This document shows, piece after piece, positions 25,061-38,342 of a stretch of DNA of 64,000 nt. The number at the start of each line of letters is the position of its first letter. Within the stretch, counting starts at the first letter, position 1. The stretch is from Octopus sinensis. Taxonomy: Eukaryota. The stretch is from NCBI RefSeq assembly GCF_006345805.1, contig NC_043011.1, forward strand, positions 26,858,464 through 26,922,463, in the 5' to 3' direction. The notes below the pieces were generated by a model. The model was not told the DNA's origin and ran no database searches. It saw only the letters and a list, made by a program, of their open reading frames with translations. Both the position numbers and the translations under genes were made by a program.

Positions 25061-26372
25061 GTCTACAATATTTTGAAACAGTCTTGATACTGAGTTACGT
25101 TATTATACAAAGCAGTTTCCCTTCACTTACTTGGTGGTGGTGGTGGCAGCAGCGGGTGGGTGGTTTTGTGTCTTTGTGTTTATATTTGTCCCTCGCCACT
25201 ACTTGACAACAGGTGTTGGTATATTTACCATGGCATGTCCATTGCAAGTGCTGGTCCTACGTAAAATACACTTGATGCAACATTTTTTATATTTATTACT
25301 TGCTGTGTCTAGAAAGGGAATAACACCTCTGACGTTTCCATTTGAACTCAGAACGTAATGGCAGATGAAATACCACTAAGCATTTCGTCTGGCATGCTAA
25401 TGTTTCTACCAGCTCACTGCCTTCTTATGTCCTTAATGTTCTGCTGAAGCTGTTGCAATCTGACACCTTGCAAGAAAGATGCGAACAAGGAGATTCCAGA
25501 GAGGACAAATGTTCTTTGGAGAGAGGACAGGACATATTAGTTTGGGTGAGGCTTAGGTGGGGCTGGAGGGGCTGATTGGACACAACATTGGTGATAAAAA
25601 AATGGACAGACAAGTGAGTTGGGAGCACCTGAACAGAAGTAACATGAGATAAGCCAGCTCTGAGTTAACAGAGGCCAGTGTAGTATCAGAGTTAAGTAAC
25701 TGATGTTAAGTAGCATAGGATATCTACCTGTAGTGAAGTTCATGTTCCAAAACATTATCCAAGTAACCTACATCATCATCATCATCATCATCATCATATG
25801 TCCATTTTCTATGTTTTTATGCTGGTATGGGTTAGATGGTTCAATAGGAGCTAATGAGGCAGAGGACTGTGCCAAGCCCCAATCTCAGTTTTGGCGTAGT
25901 TTCTACAGCTGGATGGCCTTTCTAATGCTAACAACTTTACAGAGTGTATTGGGTGTCTTTTATGTGGCACCAGTCTTACAGATTTGCAAATTTACCAAAT
26001 TCATTTTAGTATAGAACAAAACATATATAATGTCTGAGATGAGTTATTGTCAATTTAATTGTAATTGTTTTTTAACTGTTAATCTCATACTTAGAGATGA
26101 AAGCATTTTTTTATATTTACACTGTTTCAATCAGTTTAATCTCTAATCGTCATCAGGCAATGACTGGATGATGATTGAAGATAATTAAAAGAAACATAAT
26201 ATGACCATAAATATTAAAGATAAGGCTGCATCTCTAAAGAAGAGGCTAAATAGTTTTGAAAGCTAATCATCTTATGTAAAATGACATCATTAATTAATCA
26301 ATGAAGTGTTTTCTTTATTCTATGTTTACCAATTTTTTTACCAATACTTAAAAAAAAAAAATTTCCCTCCAG

Positions 26373-26433
26373 GTATCTCTCAGGGCGAACATTAGTGATA
26401 AGTGTGGTGCCAGGAAGTGTAGCAGAGGAAGAT
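26373..26433 (+). CDS. RUN-PDZ protein exon (QYLSGRTLVISVVPGSVAEED), PDZ beta-C and alpha-A
   Basis: Acceptor tttccctccAG, donor GAT/GTAAGT. VxxVxPGSxA is a PDZ signature. Confidence 0.9.
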
Positions 26434-26672
26434 GTAAGTATTGCTAATAATTACTTTTAATTATCTGAAAGGATATTTGGAAGAAAAACAATTTATTCCA
26501 GACATTAAAAATATTTCTTTTATTTATTTATTATGTATTTATTATTTTCGTTATAAATTAATCAAGAGAAAACATTAAGAGTTTGGTTTGAGTTCTACAA
26601 CTGGATGACACCTAAGAATCAGGTGGCATCTTAGTTTAGAAATATTGAGTAGTATATATTATAATTGTTTAC

Positions 26673-26903
26673 ATTATTTACATTCGATGGATATTTTCCT
26701 CATCTTGTTTGTTGTTAACACAACGTTTCGGCTGATATACCCTCCAGCCTTCTTCAGGTGTCTTGGGGAAATTGCGTACATGGGTTCTCATTCCTAAGTT
26801 ATTCCCCAAGACACCTGTTGTGTTAACAACAAACAAGATGATGACAAATATCTGTCGAATGTAAATAATGTACATAATTCCTCATCTCTTAAATATAGAA
26901 CTG
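26673..26903. mobile_element. Fold-back hammerhead-bearing element (same family as 62508), 16-bp TSD
   Basis: TSD tattataattgtttac at 26657-26672 and 26904-26919. The arms are inverted copies of each other. Confidence 0.85.
26717..26762 (-). ncRNA. Minimal type I hammerhead ribozyme motif
   Basis: GACAC-CUGAAGA-A-GGCUG-GAGGGUAUAU-CAGCC-GAAAC-GUU-GUGUU. Stems I and II pair fully and stem III is the ACGU palindrome. Confidence 0.75.
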
Positions 26904-28879
26904 TATTATAATTGTTTACTTGCTTTGCTCTCATGATTGATGGGGTTGGGGTCATTCCAGATTAATGGTCTCAGAAATGTCGTCGTGCATAGATCCAATC
27001 TTTGCTAGCGGTTCTGTGCCAACTCCTCTGCATTCTAGTCCATTCCGATGTTGGGTAGTCTGGTTTCTTTTAGTTGGTGTCGTAACAGATTGAGGGTTCT
27101 TCTGGGCTGGTTGTCAGTCCTCTGTAGAATAGTCAGATGAGATGGGGCTGCCATCTTGGTAACAAGCCAACGCACTATGGGTCACTATTTATCTGGAACC
27201 TCCCTGGAAGATCAGCCCACCTAGGTTGGTCCTATCAGGAGCAAAGATCCAGATGGTAATGCTCTCTTGGTTCTATGGAACATGCAAACCTCCTTGCCAC
27301 AACAGGAGGGGAGAGGAGTTTTATATATATATATAACAGATAAGTGTCTGATATGCTAAGTTTTTATTGAAGTGTCATTCATTTGAGCAAATTGACAACT
27401 ATCAAACATAATGTCCTATGCACTATTTTCTTATTCTGGCAGAAAATATTTTCTACTGAAATTATGTTAAATAAAGTTATGAAGGTAATTAGCAAATGTT
27501 ATTGTTAAGAATGCAACATTTTAATTTTAAAGACTAGTTTTAAATGATATGCTATTGCTAATAATCATAATTTTAAAATTTTTATTTACAAAATTTAATA
27601 TTAATGATAGACCCATGCTAACTAACTTTCTGACAACCTTAATCTCACCCCCTTAAATATATTGCCACCTTTATTTAGAGGTTACTGACTCTGTTGTCTC
27701 TTTAAGATGACTTGTATCACATTGTCTTCACTTCATGTCACTTAACCCTCAGATAACTCGCTGCAGATCCAGACCACATACTTCTTGCTTATTTAAATCT
27801 TTAGCATTTAAATAGGCTATATCCGGCCCAAATATTCTACCTGATTTTGTTGTAGTGAAAATGGTACACCCTCTCCCATGTGACAAAGTGGTATGAACCA
27901 GTCACTATAAAGTGAGACAATCAGTCATTGTAGGAGGTCAGTAGTAGTAGTAGTAGTAGAGTCATTGTATGAGTTCTCAATTAGAGTCAGTGCCAGTTAC
28001 ATGATATATATGAGTTCGAGTTACTGTCAAAGTTGTTTCCATGTGGAGATGTCAGTGATAGTACAATAGATGAGTCAAAGATAAGAAGACGTGGAATATC
28101 ACCACGACATAATAGTGGTGACAAGAATATATACAGTGGTGAGAACAATATACCAGTGGACAAGGATCCACAGTGGTGATGAGGATATAAACAATTCATG
28201 CAGATAATGTTGAAAAAAAAACATTTTTTTTCATGAGAAAATAAGCAATTTATGTGGATGACATTGAAATATTTTTCACTGGAGAAATTAGCAACTTGAC
28301 AGAGGAGTAACAAACATCTTGTTGTACACATTTTCTGAAAAATCTGTAATGCGAGAGATTTAAACTGGATAAACTAATTCTAGACTCATTCAAGTACCTG
28401 ATTTTTGCTCAGGAATTTACTGTTAAAAAAGAATGCAGAAATCAGAACGAAAATTCTCACAAACCTGGAAATGAACCAGGATATAACTCCAGAAACTGTC
28501 AGAAGAGTGTGATATGATATTAAAAATAAGGCAAGACACAAGAAATCCAACACAGAGATTGTTTACAGATAAAACCAGTGTGGAAGAGTTGGAAGATGGA
28601 TAAAGTGTTTCACAAAAACATGATATACATCAGAAGATAAACTCATGTATGGTGCACCCAGCTGTAAAAACCATGCCAAAACAGACACAGAAATTTGGTG
28701 TAGTCTTCTGTCTGACCAGCTGCTGTCAAACTGTCCAACCCATGCCAGCATGGAAAGTGGACGCTAAACGATGATGATGATGATGATGATGTTGCCTCCT
28801 CTAGCTCCCCTTTGTCACTGCGAGCCCATCCTTGTTCTTAAACATCGCCACCTCTGTTCTATTGTAATAAATTTTTTTA

Positions 28880-29698
28880 TTTGGCATCCCATATGTGATT
28901 GTATCTCCTAATGGAACACAATTTGTGCCCAGTGAATTTAGAAAATTCCGTGTAATGTTCACAGTAGAACATAAAATGATAGCACCTTATTTCTTTATTG
29001 CCCACAAGGGGCTAAACATAGAAGGGACAAACAAGGACAGACAAAGGGATTAAGTCGATTACATCAACCCCAGTGCGTAACTGGTACTTAATTTATCAAC
29101 CCTGAAAGGATTAAAGGCAAAGTCGATCTCAGCGGAATTTGAACTCAGAACGTAACTGCAGACGAAATTCCACTAAGCATTTCGCCCAGCGTGCTAATGT
29201 TTTTGCCAGCTCACCGCCTTCAAAATGATAGCACCTTACCATCCCAGATCAAATGGACAAGCAGAATGTTTTGTGGACATTTTTAAAAGAGCTTTGAGAA
29301 AAGCAAAGGAAACCACAGACGAAGTTGTTCTGCAGCAAATCCTAAGGGTATACAGGGTGACACTGAACCCCAATACACCAGCAGGAAGCCTTCCAGCAGA
29401 ATTGATGTTTACCAGGAAGGTGAAATCAGTTTCTGATAAACTGTTATCTAGCAAAGAAAGGAAAAGTACCTGGAAAGACAATCCAAAATTTTTCAAAATT
29501 GGTGATAAGGTGTACATGAAGTTGTATAAAAACGGAAAACAGTACTGGGAAGAGGGCAAAATTAGAAAGTACATAGGGAAAATGATGTATGGAATTAAAA
29601 GCAGAAAAGGTATTGAAAAAAGATACAGAAACCAATTGAAGAAGAGATTCATAGCAAATGAACTAGACATTGGAAGGACCTATGGAATGGCTGTATGA
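28880..29698 (+). pseudogene. Gypsy integrase C-terminal half, split by a SINE
   Basis: FGIPYVIVSPNGTQFVPSEFRKF...IAPYHPRSNGQAECFVDIFKRAL matches the retroviral integrase core. Confidence 0.85.
28990..29221 (-). mobile_element. SINE family B inserted into the integrase
   Basis: 17-bp TSD aaaatgatagcacctta at 28973-28989 and 29222-29238. Confidence 0.9.
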
Positions 29699-30220
29699 CA
29701 TATTCCAGATACCAACACCATAACAGGTGGTTGAACCCATGCACACAAGTGGAAGGAAAAGAAAGAACACAGAGTTCCTACAAATAGTCACCAAAAAGAA
29801 AAAACAACATTAAGTTGGAAAAAAAACGCTAAAAAAGGGAGGATGGGTGAATAAAGTAAAATAAAATTACTTGCTTCCCAAAGAAAAGAAAAAGACTACA
29901 AGGAAAGATGTTGATGTTGTAGTGAAAATGGTACACTCTTTCTCATGTGATAAAGTGGTATGAGTTAGTCACTAAAAAGTCAGGCAGTCAATCATTGTAG
30001 GAGGTCAGTAGTAGTGGAGTTGTATGAGTTCTCAGTTGAAGTTAGTGCCACTTATGTGATATATATGAGTTCAAGTTACCATCAAGGTAGATGTTTCAAA
30101 GTTGTCTTGCAGAGCTATCAGTGATAGCATGATAGACGAGTCAGAGATAATAAAGATGTGGAATACTGCCACAACATGATAGTGGTGACAAGGATATTAC
30201 AGTGATGACAACAATATACC

Positions 30221-30454
30221 TATTTCTTTAATACCCACAAGGGGCTAAACACAGAGAGAACAAACAAGGACAGACAAACGGATTAAGTCGATTATATCGA
30301 CCCCAGTGCGTAACTGGTACTTATTTAATCGACCCCGAAAGGTTGAAAGGCAAAGTTGACCTCAGTGGAATTTGAACTCAGAGTGTAGTGGCAGACGAAA
30401 TACTGCTAAGCATTTTGCCTGGCGTGCTAACAGTTCTGCCAGCTCACCACCTTA
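30221..30454 (-). mobile_element. SINE family B inserted into the 3' LTR
   Basis: 16-bp TSD atgacaacaatatacc at 30205-30220 and 30455-30470. Confidence 0.9.
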
Positions 30455-31689
30455 ATGACAACAATATACCAGTGGACAAGGATCCACGTCATAACAGTTT
30501 TACAATCAAATCAGCTAGATCCCATCTATCACACCAACCCTTCAGTGCCATTCTAAAAATATACAATCATATGATCAAAATCTTGAAGCTGCAAGATAAT
30601 ACATGATTCTTGAAAACAATGAGAATAAATAAGCATTACATTTGATAAAATAGTCTGAATGCAAAAGGGTAAAATCAGTCGATTGCTTTAACCTCTGCAA
30701 AGTTTTCACATTTAACATGTCTGAGAATGTTAAGTGAATGACTATAACTATTTTTCTCAGCAGGTCATCACACCACCGAACCTAAGGTGGTAAATTCAAC
30801 CCGAAAAATTACAAGAAATTTCCCCAAATCTATTCTGTATATAAATAAAAACAAGAGTCTACAATATTTAGATGAAGTTCCTTAGCATCACCATCTTTGA
30901 CATATTCACCCATCATCATCATCATCATCTTTCATGTCCACTTTTCCATGTTTGCATGGAATTTGTTCAGACAAATTTTTCAGTGCTCACCTGTTTTCAA
31001 GTAAGGTAAAATTACTTCATGGCTGGACATGTTTCCATGGAAGATTAGAAATGAAGGGCACTGTCTTTATGATGGTTGTACTAGTTTACAATAATCGTGT
31101 GATGTTAAGACAAGGAAACACCAACTTCCTCTCTCTTTCTCTCACACACACATGCATGTGGGGTGGTTGGTGTTAAGCAGGGCACTCAGCTGTAAAAACC
31201 ATGCTAAAACAGACACAGAAATTTGGTGTAGTCTTCTGCCTGGCCAGCTACTGTCAAACTGTCCTACCCATGAAAGTGGACGCAAAATGATGATGATGAC
31301 GATGCCTCTTCCATCTCCCCTTTGTCACTGCAAACCCATCCTTGTTCTTAAGCATTGCCACCTCTGTTCTATGGGGTGCCAGCTCTCTCCTGTTTATTTC
31401 ACTGACAGTGATACAGTGGCGTATATATATCCCTACCCTGGCACTCAGTTGGTTTCCAGTTGATCTGATCAATGGAACAGCCTGCTTGTGAATTTAATGT
31501 GCAAGTGGCTGAGCACTCTACAGACATGTGTACTCTTGATGTAGTTCTCAGCGAGATTCAGCATGACACCGAATGTGGCAAGGCAGGCTCGGTCCTTTGA
31601 AATATAGTTACAACCCATTTTTGTCAGCTGAGTGGACTGGAGTGATGTGAAATAAAGTGTCTTGCTCAAGGATACAGCACACAGTAGAA

Positions 31690-31781
31690 GTAAAGAATAT
31701 GCACACCACCTGTTTTCGGCGTAACTCTAAACGTAACCCTAACCCTAACCGTCAAAAATGGGTGGTGTGCGTATTCTTTAC
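31690..31781. mobile_element. 92-bp mini-MITE with internal CCCTAA repeats
   Basis: TIR gtaaagaatatgcacaccacc / ggtggtgtgcgtattctttac. No clear TSD. Confidence 0.65.
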
Positions 31782-32728
31782 CATCACCCAACGTACCACC
31801 AGGAATTGAATTCAGGACCTTATGATCATGAACTGAATACCCTCACCTCTAAGTCACAACTGGCTTCTTTTAGTTTCTGTCTACCAAATCCACTCACAAG
31901 TCTTGGTTGGCTAAAAATTTGATTGCTATGGCCAGTAATCTCTCACACTTGTTATCTGTAGTTTTACATTATGGTCTCTTGCTCTCACTTAACTTTGTTG
32001 AATACTTCCATCAACTCCTTCTCATTCTCAATGCAGATAACTATGTGTACATTGCTCAAACCACATTTACTATTTTCTCAACCCCTTACTCCTCACTCCT
32101 CTTTACACTTACACACTAAGCACTGTCTTCTACTTGTAATTTCTAATCCATTTCCTTGCTACAATCATGCATACCATCGACTAGGATTTTGTGGATACAT
32201 TTATCTTTTGCTTAAGACTGATAATGTAGTCAATTTCCAAAGTGTTTCAAACAGTGTGTTCCTAAGTTGGTTTCTGTCCTCATCAAACAGCTTAATGCTT
32301 TCCTCTTGGTGAGAAATGGAAACATCCAAATATATGTTCCATGCTAAAGAAAGGAATGTGCTCTCTGACCCTGCCAAATACCTCTGTAGTTCCCTCAGAA
32401 TCTCTAAGGTAATGGAGGCAGTTATAAATTATCGTGATTTATCACTTCACTTCAAATTCTCTTCCCTTTTGGTGATCATCAATAAAATTTAGCAGAGCCT
32501 GACCTGTTGTCCTGACAAACGTTGGTGAAAGCAAAGTTATGTCCCTTGACAGCAGCAAAGCTTTTATCTAAATCTGATATTTACATAACTCCAGGCAAAA
32601 CTACCTGTTTATTACTTCTATCCATTTCTGATGGCTTGTATTAAAAACTTCATCTTTAGCTCCATTGTAGCATATGTCAATGGTATTTTGTGATCTGTTT
32701 ATCAACTCTGATATCTTCACAGCTCAGT

Positions 32729-32759
<31 letters not shown>

Positions 32760-33559
32760 TACATTCTCTTTCATTACTGCATTAATGGCATACATATTGT
32801 CATTTTGAATTGTACATTATCAAATGCAGGTGACACTCTATTACACACCTCTCTCTTTTCTGCATTCTCTCTCTCTCTCTTATGCATTTAGGCCTCTCTT
32901 TCTCTCTACCTTTATCTTGTGCATTCATACCTTACATACATGTATCTCCAATATAATACTTCGATATTTGTATGTATATCTTTCTGGGGAAGAGACCTTG
33001 AAAACCTCCGTCAATAAGAACATGTCAACTTAGTCATATTCAACCAACCCCAAAAGACGGCAGACATTTGACATCCTAAAAAAACCCAAAGAAACAAACT
33101 CACCATATCTGTAACTTCTACATTCTCACTATGCATTTATAGAACGCTAATAAATCTATGACATCCTGTACAAATGCAAATATTGAAACCTCTTCCTGTT
33201 ACATAACCAGCTAGAAATTACAGCCAAATATCTCTCAAAGAATACTTCTAGAGAACCATCTGAGCATTTGAGATTTTCTATTTTCCAAGTGTTTTTAGTG
33301 CTTATTGGCCCAGTGCTCCTGCTGCTTATGGAATCTACTTTCTTTATTATCCCACTTGTGGTCCCACTACATTTCTTGTGTGTCCATTATCTTTTACTTG
33401 TTTCAGTCATCAGACTGTGGCCGTGCCAGGGCTTTTTAAACCTAGTTCTTTGGTCTCTTTTGCACTGCTAAGTTACTGGATTGTAAACACCCCAGACATG
33501 CACGCACACACACACACACATACACACATGCACACACACACACGATGAGCTTTCTTTGT

Positions 33560-33860
33560 CTGTTGTAATGCTTATTATATCGAATGTGACATTTGAGTTC
33601 TGCCAACAATTTACAAGGAAGGCTGCAGATGTTGCAAGTATGAGGATTACAGGTCAGTGCAAACAGTATATTTGCAGCCACTTCCCTCCTTAGCCTGTTA
33701 ATGCTGGTTGAAACGAACTCTCTTAAACCATTTTGACACGACACTCTCCATTTTGTTTGCATCAAAGCTGTATGCTCAAAGGTGTTGTGAGCTATATTGA
33801 CAGTTGAGAGGTTACTCTTCAGCTTGTTTGTATATCTGAGCCATGGTTGGCCAACATTCA
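33560..33860 (-). mobile_element. RTE LINE 3' remnant with C-terminal Zn-finger-like motif
   Basis: GQPWLRYTNKLKSNL...KWRVSCQNGL...CNICSLPCKLLAELKCHIR, similar to 52021-52592. Confidence 0.7.
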
Positions 33861-33894
33861 TAATGAGATGAATACACACCCACACACACTCACA

Positions 33895-35117
33895 CAGGGG
33901 TTGGACAAAATAATGGAAACACTTAGTATCATAGCATCATAATTTTAAAATATCTATAAAACCATCAAAAGCTTGTTTATTTTTATGATTTTTGATTTAT
34001 TATTACTGTTGCTTAATATGTTTTGTTAAAATTGCTTCTTCTTTTCAGGTATCATCAGAAAAAGGTAATTAAAATTCAGTAAAATGACAGATCTATTGGA
34101 CTTTCAGAGATCAAATTATTGGTGCTCGTATGGCAGGTGCTAGTGTAATGAAAACAGCTGAAATGTTTGGTGTATCAAGAAGGACTGTTTCAAAAGTAAT
34201 GACAGACATTGAGAAAGAGGGTAAAACCTCCTCATCGAAACAAAACTCCAGAAGAAAACCCAAGGTTTCAGATAGGGACCGTCGGACTCTTATGCGAATT
34301 GTTAGAAAGGATCACAAAAGTACAGCTCCCAAGATTACTGCAGAGATTAATAACCTCTTCAAGAATCCAGTTTCCACAAAAACTGTTTGGCGAGAGGGCG
34401 GCAATCAGCAAAACACAAAGCGTTTAGAGTGGAGTGAAAACCTACAGTATTGGTCCTTAGAGCAGTGGAAGAATGTTATTTTCTCGGATGAGTCATCCTT
34501 TACCTTATTTCCAACCAGCTGCCAGGTAAACGTGTGGAGATAGCCAAAAGAAGCATTTGACCCAGACTGCCTTCTTCCAACTGTTAAATATGGAGGAGGA
34601 TCTGTGATGATCTGGGGGGCTATATCTTGGAAATCCACTGGCCCAATGGTTTTCCTTCATGGCAGAATTAATAGTCAAGACTATTTAAGCATTTTATCTG
34701 ATCAAATTCATCCTATGGCTGTGGAACTGTCTCTGGAGGGAAACATAATCTTTCAGGATGATAATGCACCAATTCACACAGCTAAAGTTCTTACTGAATG
34801 GCACGAGAAACGTCCTAGTAAAGTTGAACATCTTATCTGGCCACCACAGTCCCCAGATCTCAATATTATTGAACATTTATGGTGAATTTTAGAAAAACAA
34901 GTAAGAAGTCGATATCCACCACCATCATTACTACAAGACCTGGAGACTGTTTTAGCTGAAGAATGGACAAATATTCCTTTGGAAACAATTCAAACTTTGT
35001 ACGAGTCCATGCCTTGTAGAATTCAAGCTGTAATTACTGCCAAAGGTTGTCCTACCCCACATTAAAATAAATTTGTTTGAAATTTTAAGGTGCTTCTATT
35101 ATTTTTTCCAACTCCTG
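33895..35117 (+). mobile_element. Tc1-type DNA transposon, 1223 bp, DD36E spacing
   Basis: 28-bp TIRs CAGGGGTTGGACAAAATAATGGAAACAC / GTGCTTCTATTATTTTTTCCAACTCCTG (4 mismatches). TA on the right flank. Confidence 0.92.
34084..35065 (+). pseudogene. Tc1-like transposase with frameshifts and stops
   Basis: HTH region, VIFSDESSF, IFQDDNAPIH and SPDLNIIEHLW motifs, split across ORFs 34130-34543 and 34604-34885. Confidence 0.92.
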
Positions 35118-35299
35118 TATATGTAAAATGATGTTTGATGTTTGTATATACATATATATTTTATGTGTATGTATATACACACATATATATATACAGGCAC
35201 ATTTTCTCACACTCTTAATAAACAATATAGATTCATAAATGAAAATGAATTAATTTCTTTCAAATTATTTTCAAGTTTTTTTTTAATGTATTTTGACAG

Positions 35300-35371
35300 G
35301 GCAAAGTTGGCTGTGGAGATGTTCTGGATGAACTGTTTGACATAAGTTTGAGAAATGCCAATAAAAGCAAG
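35300..35371 (+). CDS. RUN-PDZ protein exon (GKVGCGDVLDELFDISLRNANKSK), PDZ beta-D/E
   Basis: Acceptor tattttgacAG, donor AAG/GTTTGT. GxxxxGDxxxE is a PDZ signature. Phase 0 to 0. Confidence 0.88.
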
Positions 35372-35422
35372 GTTTGTTATTCATCATTAATTCATTAGAT
35401 CTTATTGAAGATTGCTGTGATA

Positions 35423-35745
35423 ACGCATGGCTCAGAGGTTAGAGTGTCGAGCTTACGAACATGGGTTCGAATCCCGGACCGGGCTGCGTGTTGTGTTCTT
35501 GAGCAAGACATTTTATTTCACGTTGCTCCAGTTCACTGGAGTTGCGATGTCACTGATGCCATGCTGTATAGGCCTTTGCCTTTCCCTTGGATATCATCGG
35601 TGGCGTGGAGAGGGGAGGCTGGTATGCATGGGTGACTGCTGGTCTTTCATAAACAATCTTGCCTGGACTTGTGCCTCGGAGGAGAACTTTCTATGTGAAA
35701 ACCCATGGTCATTCATGACCAAAGGGGGTCTCCGACTATCTTCAT
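35423..35745 (+). mobile_element. tRNA-derived SINE (further family; related copies ~3320, 38985 and antisense ~19790, 31470)
   Basis: A-box-like TGGCTCAGAGG and B box GGTTCGAATCC, followed by the conserved gtgttgtgttcttgagcaagacatt body. Confidence 0.75.
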
Positions 35746-35909
35746 CATCATTATCATCATTTAATGTCTACTTTCCATGCTTATGTGGGTTGGATGGTGT
35801 GACAGGGACTGGCCAACTGGGGATCTGCCCAAGTTCCAATTGTCTATCGTGACATGGTTTCTATGTCTGGATGCTCTTCTTAATGCCAGCCACTTTGCAG
35901 AGTGTAATG

Positions 35910-36215
35910 ACACCAGCATGGGTACTTTTACAAGGCATTGGCATGACCACTTTTATGTGGCCCTGGACAGGCACTCGTACATGGGACATTGGCATGGGTG
36001 CTCTTTATGTGACATCGGCACGGGTGCCTTTATGTGACTCTGGCATGGGCACTTTTATGTGACACTGGCAAAGGTGCTTTTACATGGCACCAGCATAGGT
36101 GCTTTTATATGGCACCAGCATGGGCATAATTATGTGGCCCTGGCACGTGTGATCTTTTATGTCGCTGGCACGGGTGCTTTTATGTGGCTCTGGCATTAGT
36201 GCTTTTTATGTGACA
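35910..36215 (+). repeat. Degenerate ~25-28-bp minisatellite (ggcacgggtgcttttatgtggcact)
   Basis: About 11-12 imperfect units derived from the family C repeat body. Confidence 0.8.
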
Positions 36216-36259
36216 CTAGCATCCATGAGCCCTCAAAGGGCTGAGAGAGGGACATAGAG

Positions 36260-36830
36260 AACATACCTGTATGTATGGATGGCCAGGTTTACTTTGCTTG
36301 ACATGTTGTCTCAAGCACAGCAAACTTCTAGGAATCTTGCTCCTTTGTCATCTCCTCTAGTTCAACATCTGAAGATCCTTTCTTGCTACTTCATCCCATG
36401 TCTTCCTGGGTCTACCCCTTCCACAGGTAACCTCCACAGATAGAGACCACCACTTCTTTATGCAGCTGTCCTCATCCATACGCATCACATGACCATAACA
36501 ACACAATCTTCTCTCTTGCACACTACACCTGATGCCTCTTATACCCATTTTTTCTCTTAAATCATTTACACTTTGCCATACATACACACTGACATTAGCC
36601 ATCCAGTGGGGGCATCCTAGCTTCATTTCTTTCAAACCTTTGCATGTCCTCTGTAGTTATAGCCCCTGTTTCACTCCATGTAGCATAGCCGTATGTACAC
36701 AGGCATCATACAATCTGCCTTTCACACTTAGGGAGAGGCCCTTTGTTACCAACAAAGGTAGTAGCTCTCTGGAATGTGATTTGAGGGAGATTTTGTTGCT
36801 ATGCTAGCAAGTTGAGTGATTGCATAGAGG
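36260..36830 (-). mobile_element. RTE-clade LINE 3' remnant
   Basis: RRLCCYGHVMRMDEDSCIKK...GRGRPRKTWDEV is a typical RTE C-terminal motif. Confidence 0.85.
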
Positions 36831-37922
36831 CTCACTCATTGATTTGCTGTCTTACTTCACCATATGACACATCTCATGGGAAAGGTAGTTCTGACACTGT
36901 CTTCTTATCCAGGTGTACATGGTGCACATATGTATATATATGCACACACACACACACACACACACACACCACACACACACACACACATGCATATATATGT
37001 GTGTGTGTTTATATGTACACATGTGCACGCACACATTAACATGCACATGGACGTGCACACACACACTGACTTATACATACAGACACAGTATGCTTAAGCA
37101 CCACACCAGCCATGTCAGCCTACCCACAGATCCATACTATTTGTATATGTGCACCCATGCAAGTATGCATATATACATGCATGTGCTCACACACATACAC
37201 ACATGCATATCCATATGCACACACACACATGAATACACATATATACATACCTGCACATCTGCACAAATACACACATTCATATACATGTACACACACACAC
37301 AAACATGCATACACACACATACTTACACACACACACTCACCCACTCAAATATGTACATGCCCATGTGCACACAAGCTCATAAGCTCACAAGCTCCATTGA
37401 ACCCCTTACCCAGGTGCACCGTCACCATCAATTTCCTGTCCAACCACACGGCCACAGAAACACTTTTCACCCATGTAACTGGTGTTGCCTATTTAGCAAT
37501 ACTATCAACCATGACATCACATGACTTTCCTTGACCAATTGCAGCCCAATTATGAGTAACCATCTTGGACTTCCTGCACCTCTCCTGTCATTTGGATTAT
37601 TACCAGCCTTACAAGAAAGACTCTGAGGTAGCAGGGAATCTGAATCAAATTGTTTTGAATAATACATGTAGCTCCCAATAAATGTGTTGTGTGCTCTTTC
37701 TTCCATTTGTCCACTCAGTCATATATATATATATATATATGCAAGTATAATCAGCCGAAATTGCGAAGATAATCTGGTACTTGACTGAGGAAAGAAAACT
37801 TCGAATGACCTGTCCTTGTTTTTTTTGTATCGTCTATCTGGATGTTTTGTCCCATTTTTGTATCACCTAACTGTCTGGATGTTTTATGTTCTTGTCCCAT
37901 TCTGTATTTTATATATATATAT

Positions 37923-38096
37923 AGGAGCAAAAGTGGCTGCGTGGTAAGTAGCTTGCTAACCAGCCACATGGTTCCAGGTTCAGTCCCACTGCGTGGCATC
38001 TTGGGCAAGTGTCTTCTGCTATAGCCCTGAGCCGACCAATGCCTTGTGAGTGGATTTGGTAGACGGAAACTGAAAGAAGCCTGTCGTATATATGTG

Positions 38097-38133
<37 letters not shown>

Positions 38134-38342
38134 TTGTGTGTCTGTGTTTGTCCCCCTAGCATTGCATGACAACCGATGCTGGTGTGTTTACGTACCCGTC
38201 ACTTAGCGGTTCGGCAAAAGAGACCGATAGAATAAGTTCTGGGCTTACAAAGAATAAGTCCCGGGGTCGAGTTGCTCGATTAAAGGCGGTGCTCCAGCAT
38301 GGCCGCAGTCAAATGACTGAAACAAGTAAAAGAGTAAAGAGT
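37923..38342 (+). mobile_element. SINE family A, full length
   Basis: Near-identical to the 46863 and 51514 copies. Confidence 0.9.

Larger units (their letters stand above)
27848..30496 (+). mobile_element. Internally deleted, decayed Ty3/Gypsy LTR retrotransposon (LTRs from 27848 and 29915-30496)
   Basis: Direct repeats start tgttgtagtgaaaatggtacac and the 3' LTR ends ...taaca. A gag-like remnant FKYLIFAQEFTVKKNAEIRTKIL lies at ~28390-28460, and an integrase remnant follows. Confidence 0.8.

Noticed and set aside
35910-36215. Regularly spaced ~26-bp repeats resembling a CRISPR array
   Set aside because: The units are contiguous and degenerate, with no unique spacers. The context is eukaryotic with no cas genes.
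37780-37815. CUGAGGA-AAG-AAAA-CUU-CGAA as a hammerhead
   Set aside because: It lacks GAAA and an NUH triplet with a complementary stem I.
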